Shown here one piece after another: positions 1-11,859 of a DNA stretch of 64,000 bases. Every line of letters begins with the position of its first letter. Position 1 is the stretch's first letter. The notes beneath the pieces were generated by a model. The model was not told the origin of the DNA, made no database searches, and saw only the letters and a list, made by a program, of their open reading frames with translations. Source of the stretch: Malacoraja senta (Eukaryota); NCBI GenBank assembly GCA_038087875.1, contig CM075990.1, forward strand, positions 62,001 through 126,000. The letters are read 5' to 3'. Made by a program: the position numbers and the translations under genes.

Positions 1-155
1 GAATTTCCAACTTATCTGATGAAGCATTGAATGTATATATGAGTAAGTGCCTAAAATATAATGGCAATCCAGAGTACATTATTAATGAAGAATTATCATT
101 TTCGTCATTACCTTACAATACAGCTCTTTGATTAGCGATTAACGTTCACATCATG

Positions 156-720
156 AAAGTACACAAAAATGTTGGAGAAACTCAGCGGGTGAGGCAGCAT
201 CTATGGAGAGAAGGAATAGGCAACATTTCGGGGCAAGACCCTTCTCCAGACTTATGTCTGGGGGAGCGGGAAAAAGAAAGAAAGAGGTGGAGACAGGAGG
301 CTTGTGGTAGAGCTGGGATGGGGAGGGGAAGGAGGGAGAAAGCAAAGACTATCTGAAATTGGAGAAATCGATGTTCATACCGCTGGGGCGTAAACTACTC
401 AAGCGAAATATGAGGTGCTGCTCCTCCAATTTGCACTGGGCCTCACTCTGGCCATGGAAGAGGCCCAGGATAGAAAGGTTGGATTCGGAATGGGAGGGGG
501 AGTTGAAGTGCTGAGCCACCGGGAGACCAGGTTGGTTATTGCGAACTGTGCGGAGGTGTTGGGCGAAGTGATCGCCAAGCCTGCGCTTAGTCTCGCCGAT
601 GTAGAGAAGTTGACACCTGGAACAGCGGATGCAGTAGATGAGGTTGGATGAGGTGCAGGTGAACCTCTGCTTCACCTGGAAAGATGGCTTGGGTCCTTGG
701 ATGGAGTCGAGGGGGGAGAT
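156..720 (-). mobile_element. Penelope-like retroelement 3' fragment: GIY-YIG endonuclease C-terminus plus 3' UTR/pLTR with degenerate hammerhead
   Basis: ORF 349-723(-) has FTCTSSNLIYCIRCSRC..LYIGETKR..HF..H..GMNIDF (PLE GIY-YIG). 156-251 matches the repeat unit found many times in the window. Confidence 0.9.
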
Positions 721-967
721 CACATCATGAAAGTTGTTTTCTGTCCTTTAATTGCACGTGCATATAGACACAATTTTTCTCAGGTGTTCAGTTTATATGC
801 ATAATTTTTATATTGAATGTCATGAGCTTCTCTTTAAACAAATCATGAGATGTTTTATTCTGTGGGCAAGCATTTCCATTGTGTCAGAGGTTAAAATATC
901 CACCTGGAGAACTCCAAGGTAATAATATTTTTGGAACAAATACACATAAGCGCTGCTATATCTTCTA

Positions 968-1204
968 GGGCGGCATGGTGGCACAGCAGTAGATTTGCTG
1001 CCTTGCAGCGCTTTCAGTGCCAGAGACCCAGGTTTGATCCTGACTACGGGTGCTGTTTGTACAGACTTTGTACGTTCTCCAGGTGACCTGCGTGGGCTTT
1101 CTCCGAGATCTTTGCTTTCCTCCCACACTCCAAAGACGTACAGTTTTGATGGCTGGTGTGGACTCGATGGGCCGAAGGGCCTGCATCTCTAAAACAAAAA
1201 AAAA
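968..1204 (+). mobile_element. HE1-like tRNA-derived V-SINE (internally deleted)
   Basis: A/B-box head (GGTGGCACAGCAG, GGTTTGATCC), V-domain TTTCCTCCCACACTCCAAAGAC, CR1-type tail GGGCCGAAGGGCCTG. Confidence 0.85.
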
Positions 1205-1598
1205 TAGAACTATATCTACAACAAATAATTGAATGGCACGTGTAGTAATTAAAAGAATGTTATGCTTGGAAGTGAAAGTGCACATTGGAATGAAGCAGGA
1301 ATAAGACCAGTCTTTGGTATTCTGAAATGTTCAAGAAAGGATTACAGTGTAATTAATTTCCAGATGATCAACCAGCTGAGCTGTTAATTAACTGACTAAT
1401 TATTACATTCCTAGTGATTTTAAGTCTAGGTTGTGAGCTGATTAAGGGTGAGTTCAAGGCATGTCACTGCTTGGCAACAACTGACGCATTAATTGGTTTT
1501 AGTTAGGTGAACACTCTTTCTCGCTACACTTCCTGTAGAGTTCCAGTGTTATTAAATTCATCGAGTGGAGTTTTGATTCCAGTACACATGAATGTTTA

Positions 1599-1929
1599 AG
1601 GGCCTGTCCTATGGTACGAGGTAATTCAAGAGTTCTCCCGAGTTTTTCCCTGATTCGAACTGGGAGAATGTCTGTAGCGGGTCCATAGGAGTTCGTGGAT
1701 GTCTCGGTAGGTACTAGGGAAATCCGGTAAACTCGTGAAGTTTTTTCAACACTGTGAAAAATGTCCGCGAGTGAAAAAATACTCGTGAAAATTTGTTACT
1801 TTTTACTCGAACGAGCCGCTACGAGACATCCACGAACTCCTATGGACCCGCTACGGACATTCTGCGAGTTCGAATCAGGGGAAAACTCGGGAGAACTCTT
1901 GAATTACCTCGTACAGTGGGACATGCCCT
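1599..1929. mobile_element. PIF/Harbinger-type MITE
   Basis: TIRs of about 130 bp starting AGGGCCTGTCC; TTA TSD at 1596-1598 and 1930-1932. Confidence 0.9.
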
Positions 1930-1994
1930 TTAGGGTAGATGTTTGGGACCTAGATTAGGTGAATTGCCACAGTCTTGTCCCCAGAGCAGTGGAA

Positions 1995-2548
1995 TCTGAA
2001 ACGATTGGGTATAGTTTTAAGGCGAGAGGGCGGTCGTTGAGGGCATCGGCGGTCGAGGATGTGCCACCTGGAACTAAGGAGAACACGGCATGGGGGGACT
2101 GCCAGGAAGGGGGCAGTGGGGAGGGGGGGAGAACAAAGGAGGACCTGGCGCAGGATAGTTTGTGACTTGTGTAGGAACGAATTAACTCCTGCACCCATGC
2201 AGAACTCACTGACTTCATCAACTTCATGACTAATTTCCATCATGCACTCAAATTCACTTGGACCATCTCCGGCAACCCCCTACCATTTCTAGATCTCACC
2301 GTCTCCATCACAGGAGACAGACTATTGATTGACATATATTACAAACCCACTCCCATAGCTATCTAGACTACACTTCTTCCCACCCTGCTTCCTGTAAAGA
2401 CACTATCCCATGCTCCCAATTCCTCCGTCTACGCCGCATCTGCACCCAGGATGAGGTTTTCCATACCAGGTCATTGGAGATGTCCTCATTCTTTAGGAAA
2501 CGGGGGTTCCCCTCTTCCATTATAGATGAGGCTCTCACTAGGGTCTCC
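1995..2548. mobile_element. Penelope-like RT fragments in inverted arrangement (minus ~1995-2170, plus ~2170-2548)
   Basis: Plus part translates, with frameshifts, to LKFTWTIS..PFLDLTVSITGDRL..IYYKP..SHSYLDYTSSHP..QFLRLRRIC, the PLE RT thumb/linker region. Confidence 0.75.
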
Positions 2549-2609
2549 TAGAGTGTGGTGCATGTAAAAAATGAGCTACTAGAAGAACTGGTAGCGGTGG
2601 GTATAATTC

Positions 2610-2955
2610 GAGTCACAGAGTGACACAGCGTGGAAACAGGCCCTTGGGCCCAACTTGCCCACACCGATCCACAAGTCCCGGCTACACTAATCCCACCTGC
2701 CCACGTTTGGCCCATATCCATCCAAACCAGTCCTATCCATGTACCTGTTCAACTGTTTCCTAAACATTGGGATAGTCCCTGCCTCAACTATCTCCTCTGG
2801 CAGCTTGTTCCATACACCCACCACCCTTTGTGTGAAAAAGTCACCCCTCAGATTCCTATTAAATCTTTTCCCCTTCACCTTGAACCTATGTCCTCTGGTC
2901 CTCAATCCCGCTACTCTGGGCAAGAGACTGTGCATCTACCCGATCTATTCCTCAC
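2610..2955 (-). mobile_element. CR1 LINE 3' fragment
   Basis: ORF 2687-2935(-) TRGHRFKV..FFTQRVVGVWNKLP is the CR1 ORF2 C-terminus, followed by the 3' UTR. Confidence 0.9.
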
Positions 2956-3240
2956 ATAATTTATTTAGGTATATAAATTAGTACAAGTGTCAGAAGTTGT
3001 GGGGAGAAGGCAGGAGTATGGGGTTAGGAGGGAGAGATAGATCAGCCATGATTGAATGGTGGAGTAGTATTGATGGGCTGTATGGCCTAATTCTACTCCT
3101 ACTCCATATACACTGCAGGCTCAATATCTGGTTTGTGTAGACGTTCCTTACATCACACATTCTGTCTCCATTCTGCAATAATTATTCCCAGTTAGTTGTC
3201 AAAAATTGGAATGAGCTAATGTTTATGGAACTAATGTTTA

Positions 3241-3703
3241 TGAAGATAGATACATAAAGCTGGAATAACTCAGTGGGACAGGCAGCATCTCTGGAGAGCA
3301 GGATTAGGCGACATTTCGGGTCGAGACCCTTCTTCAGACTGGTTAGGGATAAGGGAAACAAGAGATATAGATGATGATATGGAGAGATAAAGAACAATGA
3401 ATGAAAGATATGCAAAAAAGTAACGATGATAAAGGAAACAGTTTTTTTTTAAAAACAGGGTTAGCTTTTTGTATGGTGAGAACGTGAAGTTAATGAGACT
3501 TGGGTGGGGGAGGGATAAAGGGAGAGGGAATTCCGGGGCTACCTGAAGTTAGAGAAATCAATATTCATGCCACTGGGCTCTAAGCTGCCCAAGCAAAATA
3601 TGAGATGCTATTCCTCCAATTTGCATTTAGCCTCACTCTGACAATGGAGGAGGCCTTGGACTGAAAGATCTGTGTGGAAAAGGGAAGGAGAATTAAAGTG
3701 TTT
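3241..3703 (-). mobile_element. Penelope-like 3' fragment with hammerhead core
   Basis: GIY-YIG C-terminal coding remnant 3545-3700, 3' UTR, and hammerhead motif at 3308-3340. Confidence 0.85.
3308..3340 (-). ncRNA. Minimal type I hammerhead ribozyme motif (PLE-associated)
   Basis: Minus strand reads AGU-CUGAAGA-A-GGGUC-UC-GACCC-GAAA-UGUC-GC: conserved core boxes, 5-bp stem II, GUC cleavage triplet. Confidence 0.75.
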
Positions 3704-3834
3704 ATGGAGGATGGGAGACAGGAGGCTGGCCAGGCATTATTCTGGGGTAGAGTGCAAGATAATCTGTGAAGTGAGGTGGTGTTGATATTCCCATGGTGGA
3801 AACAAGGATTCCCTGTGACTGGGATAAGATGCTA

Positions 3835-4530
3835 AATAAAATTGGAAGAACAGCATCTTATATTTTGCTTGGGCAGCTTACAGCCCAGTGGTATGAATAT
3901 TGATTTCTCTTACTTCAGTTAGCCCTGGCGTTCCCTCTCTCTCCATCCCTCCCCCACCCAAGTCGCACTAGCTTCTCATTTTCACCCAACAAACAGCTAA
4001 CATTGGCCTGTTTCCGGGGGCTCCAACATCAAGACCCGGAGCGTGGCCTTGCATCGCCCGGCGCGGCTTTAATGGCCGCGGGACTTATTACTATCGCCCG
4101 CTGGGGGCTTTGACTTTGACATCGGGAGGAGAATGAGGAGAGCAGTGGAGAGACAAGACTTTGTCTTCCATCACAGTGAGGAGGAGATTCGCTGTGATGG
4201 ATGTTTGTGTGTAAATTGTGTTGTGTCTTGGTTCTTTTTACTTGTTTGTATGAATGCAGAAACTAAATTTCGTTTGAACTTAGTTTCAAATGACAACAAA
4301 TAAATTGTATTGTATTGTATTGTATCATAGTTACTTTTTTGCATATATTTCATTCATTATTCTTTATCTCTGCACATCACCGTCCATATCTCTCGTTTCC
4401 CTTATTCCCCAACCAGTCTTGAGAAGGGTCTCGACCCGAAACGTCACCCATTCCTTCTCCCCAGTGATGCTGCCTGTTCCGCTGAGTTACTCCAGCTTCT
4501 TGTGTCCTTCTCCAGCTTTTTTGTCTATCT
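3835..4530 (+). mobile_element. Penelope-like 3' fragment, inverted relative to 3241-3703 and interrupted at 4014-4325
   Basis: KLEEQHLIFCLGSLQPSGMNIDFS remnant, then UTR and hammerhead-like ..GAGAAGGGTCTCGACCCGAAACGTC at ~4415-4445. Confidence 0.85.
4014..4325 (+). mobile_element. Non-autonomous non-LTR retroelement 3' fragment with (ATTGT)n tail
   Basis: Splits the PLE UTR. Homologous to 10308-10553(-), 16485-16805(-) and 38688-39595(+). AATAAA followed by a short tandem-repeat tail. Confidence 0.7.
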
Positions 4531-5014
4531 TTTGCGATAATAAGCTCTGCTTTTGGCGTGTGGGCAGCGCGACCATAATCAATTGAGTGCGGTACAAGAA
4601 TTTGAAACATACTTGGAGGCATTCACGCAGTGATACTGTTTAAGTAACTGCTTTAAAGTCATAACAACACTGAGTGCATTGCGCAGAGGATATGGCATCT
4701 CAAAGCCTGCAATCCAATCAAGTGCCTGCGCCAAATCCCATAGTTGGATTAATGCCTACAGTTCACTGACAGCCATCTGTTCGTTTATACATTGCACCAT
4801 GCCTGATGAATTTTTGATTCTTCTTTCAGATAAAAATTTTAGTACCTGTCTGATTGGCGCATAATATTCAGTTGACGTATTTACATTAAAATATTGGTAC
4901 ACCAGCTTTTCCTTTTGCGCGCGATAGGTTTTAAGTTGTGGGATGCGGAGAAGGCACATTGGTGTAGCCTGGTGACATTGAGACCGGCTGGCATGCATTT
5001 TTCAGTTCAGGGAC

Positions 5015-5170
5015 TCAGTCGGTGGCCTTCTCACCTCTGAGTCAGAAGGTTGTGGGTACAGGGCTGAGGCGAAGTTGTCCTTCTGAAAGGATATTCAAAA
5101 CTGAAACTGTGGCTGTCCTTTCAACTGAAAGTAAAAACACTATTTCAACAATGTTGGAGGAATTCTTCTC
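5015..5170 (+). mobile_element. Ancient Deu-domain SINE relic (SacSINE1/AmnSINE-like)
   Basis: CTCACCTCTGAGTCAGAAGGTTGTGGGT head and GTAAAA..CACTATTTC remnant recognised from memory; highly decayed. Confidence 0.5.
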
Positions 5171-5211
5171 ATTTCAGACATGACCATAAAAGGAATAGAA
5201 GATGTTTTTAA

Positions 5212-5800
5212 CTTTAGTTTCAGTTTAGAGTCACAGCACGGAAACAGGCCCTTCGAACCACCAAGTCCGCACGCCCAGCGATCCCCGCACATTAACACTA
5301 TCCTACACACACTGGGCACAATTTACACTTATACCAAGCCAATCAACCTACAAACCTGTACGTCTTTAGAGTGTGGGAGGAAACCTAAGATCTTGGAGAA
5401 AACCCACATGGTCAAGGGGAGAATGTACAAACTCCGTACAGACATGCACCCTCATGGGCCTGTCCCACTTAGGTGATTTTTTGGGCAACTACAGGCGACT
5501 GCCGCAAAATTTTCAACATGTTTGAAAAATTTTCGGCAACAGTGGCGACAATTTTTGCTGTCGTAGGTTGTCGCCAGGTGTTGTAGGTGAATTCCATTAA
5601 AACTACCCTGGCAGTCACCTAAAGTGTCGCCTAAGTCACCCACAACACCTGGCGACAACCTACGACAGCAAAAATTGTCGTCACTGTCGCCAAAATTTGC
5701 GGCATTCGCCTGTAGTCGTCCAAAAAATCGCCCAAGTGGGGCAGGCCCATAAGTCCGGGGTCTTCTGGCGCTGTAAGGTAGCAACTGCGCCACCGTGCCC
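5212..5800 (-). mobile_element. HE1-like V-SINE interrupted by a MITE
   Basis: Tail (TTTAG)n at ~5212, V-domain 5340-5440, head resumes at 5753-5800. Confidence 0.9.
5455..5749. mobile_element. PIF/Harbinger-type MITE
   Basis: TIR TGGGCCTGTCCCACTTAGG / CCCAAGTGGGGCAGGCCCA; flanks TCA and TAA. Confidence 0.9.
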
Positions 5801-6244
5801 AGCATGTAGCTAAGTTAAATAAGGGGATGCTCAGAAAGAATTGGTGGTGAGTTGAAGAGTGAAATTATCATACATAACCTCTATCAATGTTATGCTCTTT
5901 TTATTTAAAGAGGTACTTTGATGAACTGTATGCAAGAAAATAAAAATCACTGTACCTTGGCACATATGACTATAAAAATCCATTGAAACAAAATTACTGA
6001 ATTACCAAAGAATTTGTAAGTAAATTAAGGTTATGAACAACATTTGAAATGATCTAATTTATACCCAAACCTTGCTTTTTTTTTTCTATTACACTGTAGA
6101 TGCAGACATAACATTTATAGAATTACAATTTATTTGATATTCCTGCATATTTGGGACTAGAGGTGTCTCTTCTTTCAATGTTACATTGTGTTGCAATAAA
6201 GTTTCCAATGAACCCGGGAAGGTAAAAGGGAATACAAGGGATTG

Positions 6245-6490
6245 TAGATACTGATGAATCTTTATGAATAAACAAAGTGCTGGAGGAACTCAGCAGGTCA
6301 GGCAGCAAATGTGGAAGGAATGGACAGATGACGTTTCGGGTCAGGAACCTTCTTTAGATTGAAGATAGCCACAAAATGCTGGAGTAACTCAGCGGGACAT
6401 GCAGCATCTCTGGAGAGAAGGAATGGGTGATGTTTCAGGTCAAGACCCTTCTTCAACGTAAACCAGCATCTGCAATTCCTACCTACACTT
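6245..6490 (-). mobile_element. Two tandem short Penelope-derived hammerhead units plus a short inverted tail
   Basis: Units end at CTTTAGATT (6360) and CTTCAAC (~6457); AACCAGCATCTGCAATTCC follows in inverted orientation. Confidence 0.75.
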
Positions 6491-6954
6491 CTTCTTTAGA
6501 ATGCTGGAATGTGGTGGGGGGAGGGGGGGGGAGAGAAAACAGGCATAGAGAGGTGGGATGCAACAAAGCCAGGCAAGTGGTAAGTGTATACACATGATAT
6601 GGTGGAGGTTGGTTGGTAGATGGGTGCATTAATTGATGAAGGTTAGAGAAGAAAAGTTAACAGAATAGTGTGAGAAAAAAAGAGGAAGGAAATGTAAAGC
6701 TGGGGACAAGGATGTGTGTATACGCTGGAAGGTGGGGCAGGAGAAAGCGAGGAAAGGTAGAAGGACATATTACTTGGAATTGGAGAATCCTATGTTCATA
6801 CCATTGGGATGTAAACTCCCCAAGTGGAAAATGAGGAGCTGTTGCTCCATGTATGGCCAGTGATGGAGGAAATCAAGGACATGAAGGTGGTTTGGGAAGG
6901 AAGAGGAGTTAAAAAGCTGGACATAGACACAAAAAGCTGGAGTAACTCTGCAGG

Positions 6955-8290
6955 ACATAGAAACATAGAAAATAGGTGCAGGAGTAGGCCATTCGGCCCT
7001 TCGAGCCTGCACCGCCATTTGATATCATCATGGCTGATCATCCAACTCAGTATCCCATCCCTGCCTTCTCTCCATACCCCCTGATCCCTTTAGCCACAAG
7101 GGCCACATCTAACTCCCTCTTAAATATAGCCAATGAACCGGCCTCAACTACCTTCTGTGGCAGAGAATTCCACAGATTCACCACTCTCTGTGTAAAAAAT
7201 GATTTCCTCATCTCGGTCCTAAAAGTCTTCCCTCTTATCCTTAAACTGTGACCCCTAGTTCTGGACTTCCCCAACATCGGGAATAATCTTCCTGCATCTA
7301 GCCTGTCCAACCCCTTAAGAATTTTGTAAGTTTCTATAAGATCCCCCCTCAGTCTTCTGAATTCCAACGTGTACAAGCCGAGTCTATCCAGTCTTTCCTC
7401 ATATGAAAGTCCTGCCATCCCAGGAATCAGTCTGGTGAACCTTCTCTGCACTCCCTCTATGACAAGAATGTCTTTCCTCAGATTAGGAGACCAAAACTGT
7501 ACGCAATACTCCAGGTGTGGTCTCACCAAGACCCTGTACAACTGCAGTAGATCCTCCCTGCTCTTATACTCAAATCCTCTTGCTATGAATGCCAACATAC
7601 CATTTGCTTTCTTCACTGCCTGCTGCACCTGCATTCCTACTTTCAATGACTGGTGTACCATGACACCCAGGTCTCGTTGCATCTCCCCTTTTCCTAATCG
7701 GCCACCATTCAGATAATAGTCTACTTTCCTGTTTTTGCCACCAAAGTGGATAACCTCACATTTATCCACATTATACTGCATCTGCCATGCCTTTGCCCAC
7801 TCACCCAACCTATCCAAGTCACCTTGCAACCTCCTAGCTTCCTCCTCACAGCTAACACTGCCCCCCAGCTTTGTGTCATCTGCAAACTTGGAGAAGTTGC
7901 ATTCAATTCCCTCATCCAGTTCATTAATATATATTGTAAATAGCTGGGGTCCCAGCACTGAGCCTTGCGGTACCCCACTAGTCACTGCCTGCCATTCTGA
8001 AAAGGACCCGTTTACTCCTACTCTTTGCTTCCTATCTGCCAGCCAGTTCTCTATCCACATCAATACTGAACCCCCAATACCATGTGCTTTAAGTTTGTAT
8101 GGTAATCTCTTATGTGGGACCTTGTCGAAAGCCTTCTGAAAGTCCAGATATAACACATCCACTGGTTCTCTGTTATCCACTCTACTAGTTACATCCTCGA
8201 AAAATTCTATAAGATTCGTCAGACATGATTTACCTTTCATAAATCCATGCTGACTTCTGCTGACCATGATAAATCCATGCTGACCATGCT
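6955..8290 (-). mobile_element. Young 5'-truncated CR1 LINE with uninterrupted RT frame, inserted in a Penelope pLTR
   Basis: About 400 open codons (QHGFMKGKSCLTNL..DFQKAFDKV..GVPQGSVLGP..FADD..WNSLP) in ORF 7047-8486; (CATAGAAA)n tail at ~6955; host PLE split at GACA. Confidence 0.95.
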
Positions 8291-8875
8291 GACAGGCAGC
8301 ATCTCTGGAGAGAAGGAATGGGTGATGTTTTGGGTCGAGACCCTTCTTCAGACTAGTTAGGGAAAAGAGAAATAAGAGATATATACGATGATGGCGAGAA
8401 TAAAGAACAATAAATGAAAGATCTGCAAAAAAGTAACGATGATAAAGGAAACATGCCATTGTTAGCTGTTTGTTGAGTGTAAACAAGATGCTATTGTAGC
8501 TTGGGTGGGGGACGGATAGAGAGAGAGGGAATGCCTGTTTTACTTGAAGTTAGAGAAATCAATATTCATACCACTGGGCTGTAAGCTGGCCAAGCAAAAT
8601 ATGAGATGCTGTTCCTCCAATTGTGTTAGCCTCATTCTGACAATGGCCTGTTTCCTTTATCATCGTTACTATTTTGCATATCTTTCATTCATTGTTCGTT
8701 ATCTCTCTACATCGTTGTCTATATCTCTCATTTCCCTTATCCCTAACCAGTGTGAGGAAGGGTCCTGACCTGAAATGTCCCCCATGCCTTCTGTCCTGAG
8801 ATGCTGCCTATCCCGCTGAGTTACTCCAGCTTTTTGTATCTATCTTCAGTTTAAACCAGCAGCTGCATTCCTACA
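8291..8875. mobile_element. Penelope-like 3' fragments as an inverted pair (minus 8291-~8625, plus ~8630-8875)
   Basis: Both arms carry the same UTR and hammerhead-like motif in opposite orientation. Confidence 0.8.
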
Positions 8876-8936
8876 ATATTCATACCGCTGGGTTGTAAAC
8901 AGCCCAATATGAGGTGCTGTTCCTCCAATTTAGCAC

Positions 8937-9215
8937 TGGAGGTCATAGGCTCAGAATTAAAGGACGTTCTCTTAGGAAGATGAGAAGGGACTTCTTTTGT
9001 GAGAGGGTGGTGAATCTGTGGAATTCATTGGCACAGAAAGCAGTGGAGGTCAAGTCATTGGATATTTTTAAGGCAGAAGTAGATAGATTCTTGACTAGTA
9101 CGGGTGTCAGGGTTTATGGGGTGAAGGCAGGAGATTGGGGTTTGGAGGGAGAGATAGATGAATGGCAGAGTAGACTTGATGGGCCGAATGACCGAATTCT
9201 GCTTCTATTACCTAT
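8937..9215 (+). mobile_element. CR1 3' fragment
   Basis: GHRLRIKG..RVVNLWNSL remnant and CR1 3' UTR. Confidence 0.85.
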
Positions 9216-9413
9216 GTTTGTTTTTGGAATCATAAAATGTAGTTGAGATTAATTAGCCCTATCTGACTGTACTACGTCTTTGAGAGAGCTATCCACTTTA
9301 TCCCACACCACTGTCCTTTTCCAAGTATTTATCTAATTTTGTTTTCAAAGTTACTATTGAATGTGCTTCCTCCACTCTGGTAAAGCAGTTGTTATCAGGG
9401 GCCATATTCCAGC

Positions 9414-9619
9414 GATAGACACAAAATGCTGGAGTAACTCAGCGGGACAGGCAGCAGCTCTGGAGAGAAGGAATGGGTGACTTTTCGAGTCGAGACCCTT
9501 CTTCAGACTCGAAACGTCACCCACTCCTTCTCTCCAGAGATGCTGCCTGTCCCGCTGAGTTACTCCAACATTTTGTGTCTATATTCGGTTTAAATCAGCA
9601 TCTGCAGTTCCTTCCGACA
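9414..9619. mobile_element. Fold-back pair of short Penelope hammerhead units
   Basis: 9414-9481 is the near-perfect reverse complement of ~9516-9583; the junction lies within the hammerhead motif. Confidence 0.85.
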
Positions 9620-9927
9620 TATTCCAGTGGCTCTACTGATACAGTTCAGAGAGCCACTGCCTCATAGCACCAGAGATCCCGGTTCAATCCTGACCATTCC
9701 ATGGATAGCTCCTTGTGTAACTTATTCTCCACTTGTCCGTAATCTGAAAAAGGGATAGAGTGAGTGTGCACAAATTATCTGTTCAGTTTAGTTTATTGTC
9801 AAAGCTTTTGTTGCATGCTATCCAGTCAGCAGAAAGACAATTCATGATTACAATCAAACCTTTTATAATGTATAGGTTCTTGATGCTGTGTTTCACTACA
9901 TCATGACTATAATTCCAAATCATATAA

Positions 9928-10243
9928 TTTAGTTTAGTTTAGTTTAGAGATACAGCGTGGAAACAGGCCCTTCGGCCCACCGTGTCCGCACCGACCAGCG
10001 ATCGCCGCACATTAACACTACCTTACACACACTAGGGACAATTTTACATTTATTCCAAGCCAATTATACCTACAAACCTGTATGCCTTTGGAGTGTGGGA
10101 GGAAATCAAAGATCTCAGAAAAAACCCCATGCAGGGCACAGGGGGAACGAAGAAACTCTGGACAGACAGCGCCTTAGTCAGGATCAAACATGGGTCTCTG
10201 GCGCTGTAAAGCAGTAGCTATCCCGCTATGCCACCATGCCGCC
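9928..10243 (-). mobile_element. HE1-like V-SINE, full length
   Basis: (TTTAG)n tail, V-domain, tRNA-like head. Confidence 0.9.
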
Positions 10244-10307
10244 TAATATAAATGGGTAAAGCACTGGAAATTTGTGGATTGCGAAGGTACATGTGATTCT
10301 GGCTTCT

Positions 10308-10553
10308 ACAATACAATACAATACAATACAATACCGTTTATTATCATTTGGACCTCAAATGAAGTTCAAACAAAATTTGATTTCTGCAGTCATACAACAA
10401 GAAAAGAACCAAGACACAACACAATTTACACAAACATCCATCACAGTGAATCTCCTCCTCACTGTGATGGAAGGCAAAGTCTTGTCTCTCCCCTGCACTC
10501 CCCATTCTCCTCCCGATGTCAATGTCAAAGCCCCCGGCGGGCGATGGTAAGTA
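10308..10553 (-). mobile_element. Retroelement 3' fragment of the 4014-4325 family
   Basis: (CAATA)n tail; reverse complement aligns with ~4085-4325. Confidence 0.75.
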
Positions 10554-11324
10554 AGTCCTGTTACTATTCTGTTAAACCCCTGTTACACTGTGCGAGCTGA
10601 CCCACAAGGTACCCCGAGTTTAAAACAAATTTAACTCGTGGTAATCACGTACAATTAACGTAGCGGGAACGTCGGAACTCGTGGACGCAACTTAGCAACT
10701 CGTGGCGCTAACAGCAGGTACCCGTGAAACTAGTTAACTCTTGAAAAAGTTCAAACATGTTTGAACTTTTCCACGAGTAAAATGTACTCTTGAGGTTAAA
10801 ATTTGAAACATTTCAACTCGTTGTAAGAACGTAGTGGCCCGTGCGTTTACCTTTGTGACTCGTGATTCTACCGTGGGAACTCTTTTTAGAAACAATAATC
10901 AGGGACAGAAATATCAGTTACTTAGACTTTTTAAAGACAAATTCTGCTTAACAAAGTAAAAGTTATTGATAAGGTGACAGAGTGGGTTGAAAAGAAAAAA
11001 ATTGCTTGAAGTTTATATATAGATTTTGTGTATTTGGGACTGAGCTCACAACCTTAAGACAAACCAGTATTGAGGAACAGCGTGAGAACATTTTATGACA
11101 CTTCATGGCAGCCTAATCCGAGGTTTGCCAGTCACGTCCTGAAGCCATCTCTACCAGTGCTGTTGAAGAAGACAGGGTTGTGTTCCCGTCTCCTGCACCC
11201 CTGTTCCGTAGGACAACACCAACTCTTTCATTATGCGGATGTTAAAGGCTGGGTTTTATTCTCAAGCCATGATGCCAGATTCCCGATCTCTTTACTGAAA
11301 TTTACTGAATCAAAGGGTTCTATA

Positions 11325-11650
11325 GGAGGTGCTGCCTCAAAAAGGCAGCCAGCATTGTCATGGACCCACACTACCCTGGCCATGCTCTCATTTCATTCCT
11401 GCTGAGCAGAAGGTATAAGAATCTGAAAACCATGACCTCCAGGTTCAAGAACAGCTTCTTCCCAACAACCATCGGGCTCTTGAACGCTACAAATGCTAAC
11501 TAAACTATGAACTACAAACTGCCTTGGTTGCACTAAGGACTTTGGGATTTTTGCAATAATACTGGATTTTTAAATATATATTTTCTTTGTTTAGTATATT
11601 ATCTATGAGTATTGTGTTTACTGGCCTGTTATGCTGCTGCAAGTGGGAAC
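11325..11650 (+). mobile_element. Rex1/Babar-like LINE 3' fragment nested in the Harbinger element
   Basis: DPH.PGHAL..GRRYK.L..RFKNSFFPTTI.LLN remnant plus AT-rich tail. Confidence 0.7.
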
Positions 11651-11859
11651 TCTTTAACTCAGCGGGCTGGCAGCATCTCTGGAGAGAAGGAATGGGTGAT
11701 GGGATGACATTTCCAAATTGGGGGGGGTGAGTGGGGGGGGGGGGGGATGGAGGAGAGAGGGTGGAGAGAGGAGGGGGAGACAGATGGGGGTGTCTTCATT
11801 CACTGGCTGCGGGTGCCTGTCACTGAAACAGGTAGGTGAGATTTCACATCCACCTTGTT

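Noticed and set aside
7047..8486. 479-aa ORF as an intact or novel fusion gene
   Set aside because: The first ~70 aa are a chance read-through of Penelope UTR into a 5'-truncated CR1 RT; there is no endonuclease domain or credible start.
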